This document shows positions 1-12,684 of a stretch of 64,000 nucleotides of DNA, piece by piece. The translations under genes and the position numbers were made by a program. Source of the DNA: Paraspadella gotoi (Eukaryota; Animalia; Chaetognatha); the NCBI GenBank assembly GCA_051294375.1, contig CM119266.1, positions 4,168,931 through 4,232,930 on the forward strand, read 5' to 3'. Every line of letters starts with the position of its first letter. Within the stretch, counting starts at the first letter, position 1. The notes beneath the pieces were generated by a model, which had not been told where the DNA came from, searched no databases, and worked only from the letters and a program-made list of their open reading frames with translations.

Positions 1-2
1 AG

Positions 3-161
3 GAGAGGCTGCTCGAGGATCTCGACGGCGTCAGGTCGGAATCCAAGAGGAATTCTCTGGAGATGAAATACAAGTTACCAGGATTCTGTCGGGACGCCCA
101 CGTCACAACGGGATCTCTGCCCGTCAACACTTCCGAGTTTCTTTACGACGGGCAGTTTTGA
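3..161 (+). CDS. 3'-terminal coding fragment of an unidentified upstream gene (…ERLLEDLDGVRSESKRNSLEMKYKLPGFCRDAHVTTGSLPVNTSEFLYDGQF*)
   Basis: Open frame from the window edge to TGA at 159-161, with GC-rich exon-like composition followed by an abrupt switch to AT-rich 3'UTR-like sequence. Family not recognised. Confidence 0.6.
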   Translation, partial: ERLLEDLDGVRSESKRNSLEMKYKLPGFCRDAHVTTGSLPVNTSEFLYDGQF

Positions 162-1902
162 TAAGACAGTACGGGATCGATTTTTAATTATAACGGAAAA
201 AAAAATTACTCATTTATAATTGTATTATTCTTAAATTTATTAATCAAGCGCTAATTTTATGCGGGTGCTTTTTTACCGGTATCTGCTAAAAGTCCTACAG
301 ACAACTTGTAATCGACAAACGACTTATTTTTAAAATTTTTACTCACGTTACATTTACAATTATAGGGTTTTACGCCTTTTTCTTTAGTTAGGTCAGTAGT
401 TATAGCCTTTCAAGAACGCCGCTAATAAGTTTTAGATACATGGTGCTTGTAATGAATACCTTCCATTTCATCTGCAATTGCTCTTGCTAGATTTTCCAGT
501 GATTTCATATTTTTTTGGTTTGTTATAATTTCCGTAGGATTTATGAGAGTTTTCATAATTACCAAAAGTAAATCTCATCCAATGTGCCGCGAGGGTCTCT
601 TTGAACTAATATAATCTTAAAATAACATTGAAAAGAAATTTGCTTGATAAACTTATATAAATCGAGTCTTTTGTCAAAATTTTAAATTCCGATCTTTTTA
701 TTTTCTTTGTGCAGTAGTTTTTTCTTGTTCCCCTTCCCTTACTAATTATTTTCATTCTTTATTGTGATCTTCCGGTGAAAAATTTTCCTGTTAGAACCTG
801 CATTTCTGCATCTTTAATGACTTCCATTAGATCCTTCTATTCGGCATTAATGTCCAGCAGGCATTTGTGGTTTTTAGCTGTGTGTGTCACACGTTTTTGT
901 GTCTGTTTTTTCATCTCGTAATGACTAATTATTTTCAAGTATTTACTGGGATTTTAAAATAGATTTTGTGCGATACCAAAGCTAAACTTTATAGTGAGCC
1001 TTGCGCAGATATTTTTTATTAACAACCGTTTCTATAAAAATTAGCTTACATAAAAATGCTTTATAGATTATTACAGACTATATATACAAAGTTTGGCACA
1101 AAAGGATTAAATTATACAGTATACATTATACGATTTTATGTAACGCATTTACAAAATTCAATTTTTACAATCGTCTTCATACGTACATTTGCAACATTTT
1201 TTTATAGCTGAAAAAGCTGATATTTCAGCTTTGGTAAACCATTTTCGTGGGTTGACATGGTTCTTTCACACGTTGTTTGTAGGTTGTTAGTTTGTACCAT
1301 TTTCATGTTAATGATATTTATTGTTTAATGATTTTAGGTACAATTGGATACGCTAACGTCCTATTTAGTATACGCTCATAACAGCTATTTATTTTACGAA
1401 TATTAATTATTTTCAATGATCTCTGCTGCCTCTGTACTGTTATTTTTAAGTTGTCCATATTTATAGTCGTTACATTTTTCCATCAAAACATCTGCCACGA
1501 ATACAATCACTTTCATTAAAACAAATTAAAGTAATTTAAAATAAATTTGATTTACTATTTTGTTACTATATTAAATGAATATAATTAAATATACGACCGT
1601 AATTACAATTTTTAGTGCTTTAAAACTGAATGAGATCAAAAGGACCTAGTATTTGAAATCATATTGATTTTAGTTTATAATTATAAATTGTCATTTTATT
1701 CTTAATGATCTCAACTTGGTGCTTATTCGCCACGTTATTCTATACTCATATTATATTCGATAATCGATACTTTTGGCCCCAAATTTCGGTTCAATCGGTG
1801 CTCGAATTGTCTGCACAATTCGAACGAGTAAAATTTTTATACAAATTTTTCATCCTTACATCTAAACTTTTTATCTAGTTATGTGATATTGTCAAAAACA
1901 AA

Positions 1903-2624
1903 ATGGTGGACGAAGAGGTTTTACCATTGGATCGACAGAGGGTGTCTCGCCCATCGTCGACGATCAACTCCGTCTCTTCGGACACTCTTCCCGCTCTTCA
2001 CGCAGAATGGAAAAAGCCGATACAGTTCGTCGTCTATCTTCCTCCGCCAGAACTCAACGTCCGTCTCGCCGATCCCGGAAAGTGGGAGGCTTGGCAGGTT
2101 AGCTTGTCCTTGATTCTTGAACAACAATAAAATCAGCATAACAACATCATCATTCCTTTCAACCCAATTTTCCCCAGGAACGAATCGTCTTCATCGAGGA
2201 AGATCTCCATTGGCTCCTCAAGTTGCCCCACGACAAATTCTGGAGCCAAGCCGTCTACGACGAGACTCTCCACAAGTGCCTCGACTCTTACCTCCGCTAC
2301 GCGCCGCGCGGATTCGATCGATCTCTCGATCTAACCGGCGAATTCCTCGAGCGACACAACAACGTTCACAAGCTCGTCTTTCTCGCTTGTCTCCGCATGT
2401 CCACTCACAAAGAATCCAAGGAACATTTCATCACGCCCTCTTTCTTCGGCCACCTCATCTACGATCATTTCATATTCGATGTTCCAAAGTTGATGGACAT
2501 CGCCGTTCTTTATGGAGGCGATAATTTACAGCTCGTGCAGGTGGTTACTAAAGGGGGGGGAATGAAAGGAATTAAAGTTGAGAATTATCTAGTTTAGATT
2601 AGTTTAAAATTATTTACTTTTTTG

Positions 2625-2679
<55 letters not shown>

Positions 2680-5600
2680 ATAATGTCAATAATTCTAATG
2701 AAATTAGTGCAACAAATGTAAAAGGTACCCTCCCATGCATTCAATAAATTTAGTAACTCCCTCAATATCTTTCAATTCTCATATTTTTTTCTCAGAAAAT
2801 GGTGGAAAACATCTTCAAGCAGCAGCCCAAGTATCACGACGACCTCCGCTCCGCCTTCTCCACCCTCATCAACGTCTTCAAGACTCTCAAGGAAAAGTGC
2901 GGCTGCTCTGACGAGACGGCGACTCCGCCGCCGCTGACTCGAGCGGCTCGTCCGACTTCTCCTCTTCAATCTTTGACGGAATCGACGGAATCCGAGTTTC
3001 GCGACGTCGTCCTCTACGTCGCCGACGTCGCCTTCAGCCTTCGAGCTCTCCTTCTCGTCTTTCCTTCCGCTGCCGACGCCCTCTTCGCCCTCGACTTCCA
3101 TTTCAAACTCCCCGCCTTCCACGAGGCCGTCGTCCCGACGCTCCGCGACGCCCACGCCAAACGTCGATGGGCGGATCCCGAACTGCGTGACTTTTTGAGA
3201 GAAAAAGTGAAGGAAGCGAGAATCGCATTCGGCGACATCTTTCATCAATCTTGTCAGACTCATTGCGTTCAGCCGATTCTGTCGATGATGGGAAGCGAAA
3301 ACCCGGATTTTGGGAGAGTCTCCTCTCTAGTCGACGAGTACATTCAGGTTGGAGAGTTGAAGTGATACACAATCACAATATGCAATAATGTTTAAGACAA
3401 TGACATACAGTAGAGCGTTGAAAAATAACAAAATATAACAAATCAAGTGAGGTACATAGCTATTTTAGTGTAATGTAGTCTGTAGAATTCGATGGTGATG
3501 ACCATTTTTTTGTATAATTTTATCTTTCTTGTCGGAAATGACGGTTTTTAATGTATATAAAATTGTTATAAAATAGCAAAACCATTATAAGTTATGATAA
3601 ATCAATTATTAAAATTTTGAATTGTCGCTGAAGAAGACTCGTATGTGAGTCGAAACATGTCCGTTTCACTATGAAATAAAAATCGTTGTTAAATCTCTCT
3701 TCAAACTTTGTTCTAAAATTTTATAACATTTATATGAGCTTTTGAAATATAAAAATAAAGACTTATAAAAATATTTTGGTAAGTTTATTTCTAAATTTTA
3801 TGTTTTATAAAAAGTTAGTTAACTATATTTATTAATAATTATGAGTAAAAATTAGGTTAAAGTTAAAAAATAATAATTTCAAAATTTTTTTCATGGATTT
3901 GCATTCTTTGCAAAAAGTTGATATAAGAAAATATAATTTTTATATTAAAATTGTCATTAAGTTCGTCAAAATTTTAAAAAACTATAATTTTAAGCCAAAA
4001 ATTATGTATATACTCTCTTTTCGTTGTTTTTGAGGTATTAGGAGAAAAACAGTTTTTGTTTAACAACGATTTATTTGACACAGTTTAGTCAGACATGTTT
4101 CGGCTCTTTCACTTAGAGCCTTCATCAGTGAAAGAGCCGAAACATGTCTGATTAAACTGTGTCAAATAAATCGTTGTTAAACAAACTGTTTTTCTCCTAA
4201 AGTCAAAAATTGAAAAATTAAACAAAAATAATACTTTTTAATATTTTTAACCTACTTAATGAAAGAATTTTTTAAAATGGATTATACTTTCTTATATCAA
4301 CTTTTTGTAAGGAATTCAAATCCGGTTTTAAAATTTTAATTTTTTTATTTTTTCACTTTAGCTCATTATTTATTAATAAATATAGCTAACAAACTATTAA
4401 TAAAATATAAAATTTGTAAATAAACCTACCAAAATATTTATATGGGTCTTTATTTTAATATTATGTAAGTTAAATATGGATTTTATAAAATCTTAATAAT
4501 TTGAGTTTCTTATACTCTACAATGTTTGCTCAATTTTAATAGCACCTTATATGCTGCAAAAATCGCCATTTCCGACAAAGAAGATGTAGGATTGAACCAC
4601 GAACCTTCGGGGTCAATCCCATTTTCTTAGTGGCTATCGCCACTCGGGTTCTTAATATATAGATATTCCATTCTTCTCCATAACTATTGTAGCATGTGAA
4701 ATAACCATATGTAAAACATAAGAACACTATAATCGCGTATAGCATTATGTTTCTCTAGTAGATGTCACTGGCATAAATTATTGTAACTTACCAAGTTCAT
4801 TCATTCAACCATTCACAATAGATTCACCTTACCGTTCATCTCACCTTGTTAATGTTTAGTAATTCATTATTGTTTATTATTGAATCTGATATTGTTTATT
4901 AATGTGTCATTAGTATTATGCTTTTGTATTCTTTGTTAATGCATATAGAATATCTATATGCTTTGATTATTTTATTAAGGTCTGTTTTTATTGATGAACA
5001 AAATAAAGACTTTGTTCTGGAAACATTTAATCATTCAAAATAAACATTCGAAGTCAGATACGTAGACGCACGTGGCGCTCCTAGTCTAACCGCCACAAAG
5101 ATGAGACTATACAAAAAAATGGTTATCTTCATCGAATTCTACAGACTTTATTACACTAAAATAGCTATGTAACTCACTTGATTTGTTATATTTCGTTATT
5201 TTTCAACGCCCTAACATAGTCTTAAACACTACGCTACAGTCTTAAACAGTACACTGTTACTACTGTTACTGTTACTGTTACATCGACTGTTACAACTTAA
5301 TCTCTAAATTTCTAATGATAAACCTCAAACAAGGTTATCCAACGTGATCTTTTCTAGGCGCTGACGAGTTGTCTCAATTATCGTGATTTCGTCGTCGCTC
5401 ACGAGTCGAGGTTTTCAGTCGGCGATGATCTTGACCTCTTTACCCAAGTCGCCGGTGAGAATTTGTTAAGGGACGGATTGCTAAATCGAATCGAATTACA
5501 AATGAAATGGATCTCCAAATAATTATATTGCTTCTTCAGCTTCTAAGATAAAGTATAGTATAGTAGCCATTTAACAGAATTCTCATTCATTCGAGTCTTA

Positions 5601-6864
5601 ATATTTAATATTCTAGTAGGAAAAGCGACAAAACTACCATATATCCTTAAGTGCACATCAAATTTATAATACTTTCAAGTTTGAATCGTTCAAATGGTCG
5701 TAATAATAATATAATAATAATAATAATAATCTACCAGGCGCATATTGCGACAAGATGCACATCGACTTTATCATCAACGGATTTAAATCTTCAGTCATGG
5801 AATCCAAAGTCAACGTCCAAACCAAAGACGCCGTCGAACTTCGTCTCTTCAAATCCTCCACGTCTCAAGTCAAGTCACGTGACGACGACCTCATCGACGC
5901 CGTCGCCAAAGCCAATCACGTCGTCAACGTTGATGCGACCGAACCCAAACCCGGCGTCGCCGTCGTCTCCAGGGAAGTCGCCGGCGTCGAACTCGATTCT
6001 CTCATCTCCAACGTCCGCGACATCCTCCCGGATCTCGGCGAGGGCTTCATCGAGGCCGCTCTCGAAGAGTACGGCTACGACTCGGCCGCCGTCGTCGATG
6101 CCGTGCTAGAAGACAGTCTCGGTCCGCGCCTGCGCAATATGGATCGAGCGAACGAGAAACGGAAGCCGTCCAAGCCTCTTCCGCCGCCGAGTTACGAAGA
6201 GACGCGTCGAAACGTCTACGAGGACGCGGGATTCGAGGGTCTCAAAGATTTCCACGTTGGGAAACGCGAGACGGCGAAAAACGTGAAAGCGCTGCTGGAC
6301 GACAAGAAGGATTTGCAGCGGTCGCGCTACGCGGCCTACGGAGACGTCGACGTCGGTAGCGGATCACTCTACGACGAAGAGAAAGTCTACGACGACGAAT
6401 ACGACGATACATACGACGATAATTTGGTCGGAGCCGAAGACGCCGACGACGTCGACGAACTCGGCGACGACACGGGAAGAAAATTCGTGCAGCCAAAAGT
6501 CTTACAGCAGCAGCAGCAGCAGCAGCGTGGAGGACGAGGAGACGACGACGACGACGACGGAGAGGAAGACGAACCGGAAGAAAATCTTGCCCCATGGAAA
6601 AGACCGGGAAACACTTTGGGCATCGAAGATCCCGCCGTTTTGCGAGAAAGGGCGGCGCAGAGACGAGCCGCCCGCGGGGGACGTGGGCGTGGCGGGGGCG
6701 TGACGGGGGGCGGCGGGCCGTCGGTGACCGGAAATCCCAAAGGACAGGGTCAGGATAAATCGACGGAAATTGCGAGGAAGAGAAAAGACGCTCACAAAGC
6801 GAGTCGCGCCAATCATAATCGAAAAAGTCAAGCGGGAAGGAAGCAAGCGAGGGGAATGTTTTAG
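1903..6864 (+). CDS. ASCC2: Activating signal cointegrator 1 complex subunit 2 (CUE-domain protein), 5 exons
   Basis: Exons 1903-2097, 2178-2540, 2796-3347, 5358-5454, 5738-6864, all GT-AG and phase-consistent. Characteristic motifs: DLHWLLKLPHDKFWSQ, LRMSTHKES, FIFDVPKLMD, CUE domain (LISNVRDILPDLGEGFI), YDDEYDDTYD and C-terminal KASRANHNRK…RGMF. Confidence 0.95.
3626..3663 (+). ncRNA. Minimal type-I hammerhead ribozyme motif (Penelope-like element type)
   Basis: cg-CTGAAGA-a-GACTC(gtatgt)GAGTC-GAAA-cat-GTC-cg: CUGANGA and GAAA core, 5-bp stem II, palindromic ACATGT stem III, GUC cleavage triplet. Stem I is only 2 bp. Confidence 0.65.
4038..4200. mobile_element. Near-perfect ~75-bp-stem hairpin: Penelope-like element end (pLTR) with inverted partial duplication
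   Basis: Arms 4038-4113 and 4127-4200 are reverse complements, with a 13-nt loop. Contains a full hammerhead core on the minus strand and its 3' half on the plus strand, followed by an aataaa-containing AT-rich tail shared with the copy at ~3628-3695. Confidence 0.7.
4089..4131 (-). ncRNA. Minimal type-I hammerhead ribozyme motif (Penelope-like element type)
   Basis: Minus strand reads TCA-CTGATGA-a-GGCTCT(aagtgaa)AGAGCC-GAAA-cat-GTC-TGA: intact core, 3-bp stem I (TCA/TGA), 6-bp stem II, palindromic stem III and GUC site. Confidence 0.8.
4583..4652 (-). mobile_element. Degenerate tRNA-derived SINE head (possible)
   Basis: Minus strand …gagtggcgatag…gaaggttcgtggttcaatccta gives A-box-like and B-box-like (GGTTCAATCC) motifs at tRNA spacing; no intact cloverleaf. 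Confidence 0.3.
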
Positions 6865-7210
6865 AATGTCGTATATAAAAAAATGTTGTTAACAGTTTTT
6901 TTGATTTAACCTTTTGATTATTATTCTTTTTTTTTTCTATATTTCGTGTTTAGTCAAAAAAGTATTTTTTTTTTTTACTAATTCCTTCAGCCCCGTCGCG
7001 GCGTCGCACGTTTTAGCGCCAGAAAAAAGCTTGTCACTCATTTTTTTATTTGTTTAAATTCACGATTTAAACTAATTTCACTTCAACCTTTGTGAGCCAA
7101 CGATGAAAATACAATCGACTTTGCGATTTTAAAAACATTTTCTGCGACGACGTTAAAAAAGAAAGAAAACCTTACTATTGTAGCAATTAAATGGGACGAA
7201 GTGCCACACT

Positions 7211-8277
7211 ATGCCATTATTCGGAAAGGGAAAATCGAAAAATCCTCCACCTCTTCCTCGTCCGGATTACGTTCCGCGGGATCCCGAGGATGAGCCTCTC
7301 TACCGCCCTCCGGAGTTGCTCCAGTCCTACTTGGAACCGCCCGTCAACGCCGTCGGCCCCGCGACGAATCTCGGCCCGACGGCGACAAAAATCAACTCGT
7401 CCTCGTCGTTGGTCTTCGCTCAAAACGATTTGTCCTACGAAGCCGACGGAAATCTAGTCGGTTCTCAAATCGTCGGCCTTCATCCCGTCGCTCCATCTGT
7501 CGGCTCTCATCTCGTCGGTCCGCACAAGAATCCGGCCGCGGTTCTTCGACCGAGGTGAGATAGTTTGATTTTTTTTTAATAACAAAAACCATATTAACAT
7601 AATCAACATCAATAGACGTTTACAATAACAACGTAAAAGGACTGAAACAATGTATTAAAGTAAAATGTTGGTTGATTGGAATATTTGTTTTTATTTAACA
7701 ACAAAATTGAGGGGGGTTGCAAAATATGAGTCCTTTATGAAAGTGTAACATGCCAAAACAATTTAGTTCCCCTTCATTTCTTGCAGCTTGTTATAGCAGA
7801 TGGCTATGTTATAAGAAGAGATAGTTTTCCTAAATAATCGGCTTATATAAGTTCAGTGGAGAATAAATGATGAAGACTTGGTAAATGGTAAACCTTCAGG
7901 ATAATAGAATAAGAATTTATCTAAACTTAATCAGAACACGACAATATGCAAATGAGATTGAAATTGAGATGAGATGAAGTTATTTAAAAATTTATCTGAT
8001 ACACTGTAACTCTCATGCATTGTCTATTCCGACTAGGTCTAGAACCCGGAACCTTTGCTTTCGCAGAGCAAGTTTTAGCTTATAGCGCTTATACGTGGCT
8101 TATGTCAAAACAACCTTTTTCAACCTAACAGAGTCGAATATATCAGGAATCCTGAATGCATTAGTCTACCAGCTTGTCCAAAGTCCAAGACAATATAACT
8201 TACTTATTGAATGAATAGATATTGCATAATTGTTACAGTTTTGATTGTTAATATTACTTTAAGAAGCATCCGCGAGC

Positions 8278-8335
<58 letters not shown>

Positions 8336-9821
8336 ATTCGACTCCCCCTTGATCGCAGAACCTCCGGCGCCACGACCTATTTAGACTCTAGTCACGCTCA
8401 ACTGCAGCAGAACCAATCATTGCAAGACAATCAATCGACGCTCAGCGTTAAAGCTAACGACTCGTTCATCATCGAGGGATTCAACGCCCCCTGCCGACGC
8501 GATCCACTCTCCGTCCACAACGCCATCCCCGGCGATGCCCAGCTCCAGCCCCAGCCCCTGCCTCGTTCCCAATTCCAATGGCAATTGCAGAATCCAGCTC
8601 AACGGCCTCCATTCAACATCCGGGCCAAAAGACCCACCGTCGACGCCAACTACAGCGATCCGAAAGACGCTTGCAAATTGAGGCAGATGGCGCCGACGGG
8701 TGGACCATTGACTCATTCCCAGTCGTTTCCTTTGCAATTGGGTGAGTTTTCTTTTCTTTTTTTCTATTGTCTTTATCGGACCTTGTTTTGTCTCGTTTCT
8801 TGGTCTTGTTTTGTCTTGGTTGTTTTTTTTTGCTTGGTTGTTTTTTTTTGCTTGGTTGTTTTTTTTGTCTTGGTTGTTTTTTTCTTGGTTGTTTTGTTTT
8901 GTCTTGGTTTTGTTTTGGTTGAATTGTTTTGTCTTGGTTGATTTTGTTTTGTCCTGTTTTGTTTTGTCCTGTTGTGTTTTGTCCTGTTGTTTTGTTTTGT
9001 CCTGGTTGTTTCGTTTTGTCCTGGTTGTTTCGTTTTGTTCTGGTTGTTTCGTTTTGTCCAGGTTGTTTCTTTTTGTTCGGGTTGTTTCGTTTTGTCCTGC
9101 TTGTTTCGTCCAAACAACATGGTCTGTTCACCTCCCGTGTCCACTAAGGATCCTTCCCCGGCTTCGATGTCGGCGCTGACGGTCTCTTTCGCGCCGGAGC
9201 GGAGAGTCTGACGGTGAGCGATCCTGAGAGCGGAGTCTTCTCTGCCTTTCAATTACAGAATATGGATTGCGACGACGACGAAGAATATGATTATTCCAGT
9301 ACGTTTTATTTATATTTTATTATATACTTCATTTTCAATTTATCATTAACTCTCAAATTTATTCTCGAATATTCTAGAGCCGTACGAACCGCAAATCCTA
9401 CAAGACTTCCTCCGCAAAGTCCGACGCGACGACGAAATCGAAGCCGCTTCCGCCGCCGCTTCCGCCGCTTCCTCGAAATTGGCTTCTCCTCAGAGCCCGT
9501 CCGCCGCTCAACCGATTTCAAACGACGACGACGACGACGACGACAATGACCCCGACGTCTACTGTGATCCTACGAAGGCCTTTGCCGAACCTCCTGATCA
9601 TGCCTCGACCAATAAGGAGACGACAGATCAACGATTAGCCAATCATCTTCCGCGATTCGACGCGGGGTTCAAGGCCGACGGGCGCCCGTCGAATTCGCAA
9701 CGTTTGAGTTTGGGACTTGAATTATCAGGGGCGCAGCCACTCGTCAAATCTGTTGCGCCTTTGCCGACCCTCAAAGAATGTAAGTTAATTTGTGAACGAA
9801 GGAATTTTTCTTTCGGCCGTT

Positions 9822-9887
<66 letters not shown>

Positions 9888-11844
9888 CTCCCCCGTCTGT
9901 ACCTGCGATGAAGATTCTCTCTCCTCGCCGTCGAATTCTTCTCGGTCGCCGAATCCCGTCCGCGGCGTCGAGGATCCTCCAGCGCAGGAAGGTCCCATCG
10001 AGGACTACGAGCAGCCCTGGGATTTCCGGCACCCCAACGGCCTCGTCGGCGTCATGACCTCCGCCATCGAGAACCTCAACGTGTCCGGTCCGACGCCGAC
10101 TGCCCGACCGACGCCCGCTCCTCGCTCGACGCTCGCCAATCCGGATGTGGAAGCGATGAAGGCGACGTCTCCGCCGTCGTCGAGATACTCGACGCCGTCG
10201 GGCGATTCTCAGGCGGGCAACCAAACTTACGAAGAGCCTTGGGACTCGGTTGCCAAGCAACGGGAGATCGAGGAGAGGCTGATGAACAAGAGGGCGCCTA
10301 TCAACGCTTTGCCCGTCGAGGCCAGAGTCAGCCCGCTCGGTAATGGAAAAGGGGAGAGGGCGGGGGAATCGAAGGTATATTGCAAATTTGCAAGGGACGG
10401 GTTGCCTGTCTGACCAGCTCGGTGGGGCGTCTCACCTGTTTTGCTTTGCCAACTTTGCTTTGCCCTGTTGGGATAGTGTGTTCCCCGGCTAATCCATTGG
10501 AATTGGTTGAATGAAGTTGGTGTTGCGATGAATATACCGCCATACCTGGCTATTTTTGACCTTTATTAGTTTTGGCAGTTCAATAATTGTTAGAACTTGA
10601 TAATTAATAAAAGTTCTAAACTTTCCATACTATGTCGTAGGCGGAAGCGACGCGTCCGGCGTTCGAACTTCAACCTCCAGCGAAGCCACCGACGCCGCCT
10701 TCAACTCTCCGGCCAAATTCTCTTCCAACTTTTCCTCCGCTGGTCAAATCGCTCTTCATCCCGTCGCCCAACTCGCCTCCAACTCTGACTCCAACATCTC
10801 CGCTCATTTGACCGGAGTTGAGAAGTCGCACTCGCTCGATCTTCCCTCTGTCTTTTGGGGAAGTGGAGAGAAATCGTCAGGTCGTTGCTCAAGGGATTTT
10901 ATTTAGGACATTCTATAGTTTATTCAGTATTTTTATGATTATTCAAATTAATCAAAGATAAATATTATTTGTAAAACTGAACGATTATTAACCCAAATTA
11001 AATATATAGCTGAAACAATAATCCAAAACTTCTGAGGAGAACGAATAAAAAAAAATTGAAAAATAATCTTAGCTGCTACAATATGCAAATGAAATTAAGA
11101 AACTGAATGACCCAACATAAAAGTTACTCTGCTACTTGATTCATTTTTTAGGCAACGTGCAAGCTCATCCCTTCTACCAGTCTCCTCCGAGTTCCAAGCA
11201 AGTGGGAACTCACCTTCCCGGATTTTTTCCCAGTGGAGCTCAACTCGTTCAAAGTTTCGCCAGCGCGGCTTCGCAGCAGCAGCCGCAGCCATCGTGAGTC
11301 GCTCGTTTCATATAGATTATTAAAAGTATTTGTGCAAAATAAACCTTTCAGTGCTATTAATGCTAATTATACTACAAACTACTATATTAAGCATTTATGG
11401 TTAGAAAACAAATTTAGAAATACCTAATTCAAATACGATAATATGCAAATGAGCTTGATAAGCTCGATATCATTTGAAATACTCCAAAAACTAATATATT
11501 TTAAATTAAGAAATGTGGAGACGCCTGGTTTTCCTGCCTCTCAAACGGGACCTTCGCTTTTAACTCTCTCGACTGAGATTCCCCTCGATCCTTCGCCGAC
11601 GAGAGACTCGAGGCCGACGAAACCGACGTTCGTCGCGACCGACCTTCGCTCCAACAACGACCATCTTCGCTCCTTCGCTAATCCCGTTCTCCTCCAAAAC
11701 AACAACAACAACAACAACAATCACATTGACCAATCGGAGATGAGTAAGAAGGCCTTCGTCTCTGGGTCAGAATCGTCGAAAGTAGGCGAGCCAGTCAAAG
11801 CGCAGGGAGATGGTGAGTTCATCAAGGTATCATTAACCCCTCTT

Positions 11845-11888
<44 letters not shown>

Positions 11889-12684
11889 GTCTCCATACAT
11901 GTCTCTGTATTCGCTAATTATACTTCATAATAAAACTTTTGTAGTCACTGCGCCGAAAGTCTCCGCTCCGGTCGAATACGATCGCCCTACAAATGGTCAG
12001 CCTGTTAAAGTCGAAGGAGAAACGAAGACAGGTTTGTTTATTTGTTTAAAAATTGTTTCAAAACGTAATAAATAATGTTTGTACTACATCCTCCGTCTCC
12101 CCTTCCTAGTTATCTCCTCACGATCTCCGCGAAAACCGCCGAATCTTCATCTGGATCTGGGATGCAGCGCGTTGAACGCCAGAGCCGAGGCGGTCAACCC
12201 GTCGCTCCCGCTGCGTCAGCAAAACTGGTTTCACGGCAGCATCAGCAGGAGCGAAGCGGAGCGGCTGCTCAGCGTTCACAAGGAGGGCAGTTACTTAGTC
12301 AGGCAGAGCGAGAGCAAAAAAGAGGTACTACTAAAAATGCATTTAGGGTTTTAGTATTTAGCAATTGGTTACTTAAATACTTAAATATTTGGTTTTTAAA
12401 CTTTTAATTAAAGGATTATTCGTTGTCGTTGAGAAGCGCGAAAGGATTCATGCACATGAAGATTGTTCGACAAGACGGAAAATATATATTGGGCCAGTTC
12501 AGTCAGGTATAAGTTGAAAGTTTTCACTTTTTATTCCTTTAGATTAATTTAATTTGAGATTTATTTATTTCAGCCTTACAACAGTATCCCGGAAATGATT
12601 CATCATTACTCAAAAAACAAACTCCCAATCAAAGGAGCGACTCATATGTCTCTACTTCATCCGATTAAAGACGATCTACTATAA
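7211..12684 (+). CDS. SH2 domain-containing adaptor of the SHB/SHD/SHE/SHF family, ~13 coding exons
   Basis: Exons 7211-7554, 8359-8741, 9149-9213, 9259-9298, 9378-9779, 9887-10339, 10641-10880, 11152-11293, 11511-11812, 11945-12031, 12110-12324, 12414-12506, 12574-12684 are phase-consistent. N-terminal PPPLPRPDY, YxxP sites (YSDP, YSKPYE, YEQPWD, YEEPWD) and a C-terminal SH2 (PLRQQNWFHGSISRSEAE…SYLVRQSE…DYSLSLRSAKGFMHMKI…YILGQFS…IPEMIHHY…KLPIKGATHMSLLHP). No single paralog assignable. Confidence 0.9.
8028..8100 (-). mobile_element. Degenerate tRNA-derived SINE head (possible)
   Basis: Minus strand …cttgctctgcgaaagcaaaggttccgggttctagacctagtcgg resembles an anticodon arm plus T-arm/B-box. Confidence 0.3.
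8780..9112. repeat. Degenerate T-rich tandem repeat (ttgttt/tgtcctggttg units), intronic
   Basis: Visible periodic repeat; it explains the F/C/V-rich and K/Q/T-rich ORFs in all frames. Confidence 0.85.

Larger units (their letters stand above)
3715..4495. repeat. Imperfect AT-rich inverted repeat (MITE/foldback-like), arms ~3715-3980 and ~4235-4495
   Basis: For example caaaaagttgatataagaaa (3911-3930) vs tttcttatatcaactttttg (4288-4307); atattttggtaagtttattt vs aaataaacctaccaaaatat; ctatatttattaataa vs ttattaataaatatag. Confidence 0.7.
3411..5213. mobile_element. Non-autonomous DNA transposon / foldback element with ~117-bp terminal inverted repeats, filling most of ASCC2 intron 3
   Basis: 3411-3527 (tagagcgttgaaaaataacaaaatataacaaatcaagtga…) is the near reverse complement of 5097-5213 (…tcacttgatttgttatatttcgttatttttcaacgcccta). 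TAGRG termini are hAT-like; the 8-bp flanks acatacag/acatagtc match only 5/8. No transposase. Confidence 0.75.

Noticed and set aside
4583-8100. Functional tRNA genes at ~4600 and ~8060 (also ~24050 and ~40560)
   Set aside because: No complete cloverleaf or acceptor stem; at most SINE remnants.
8613-9252. K/Q/T-rich and F/C/V-rich ORFs
   Set aside because: Products of a simple intronic repeat.
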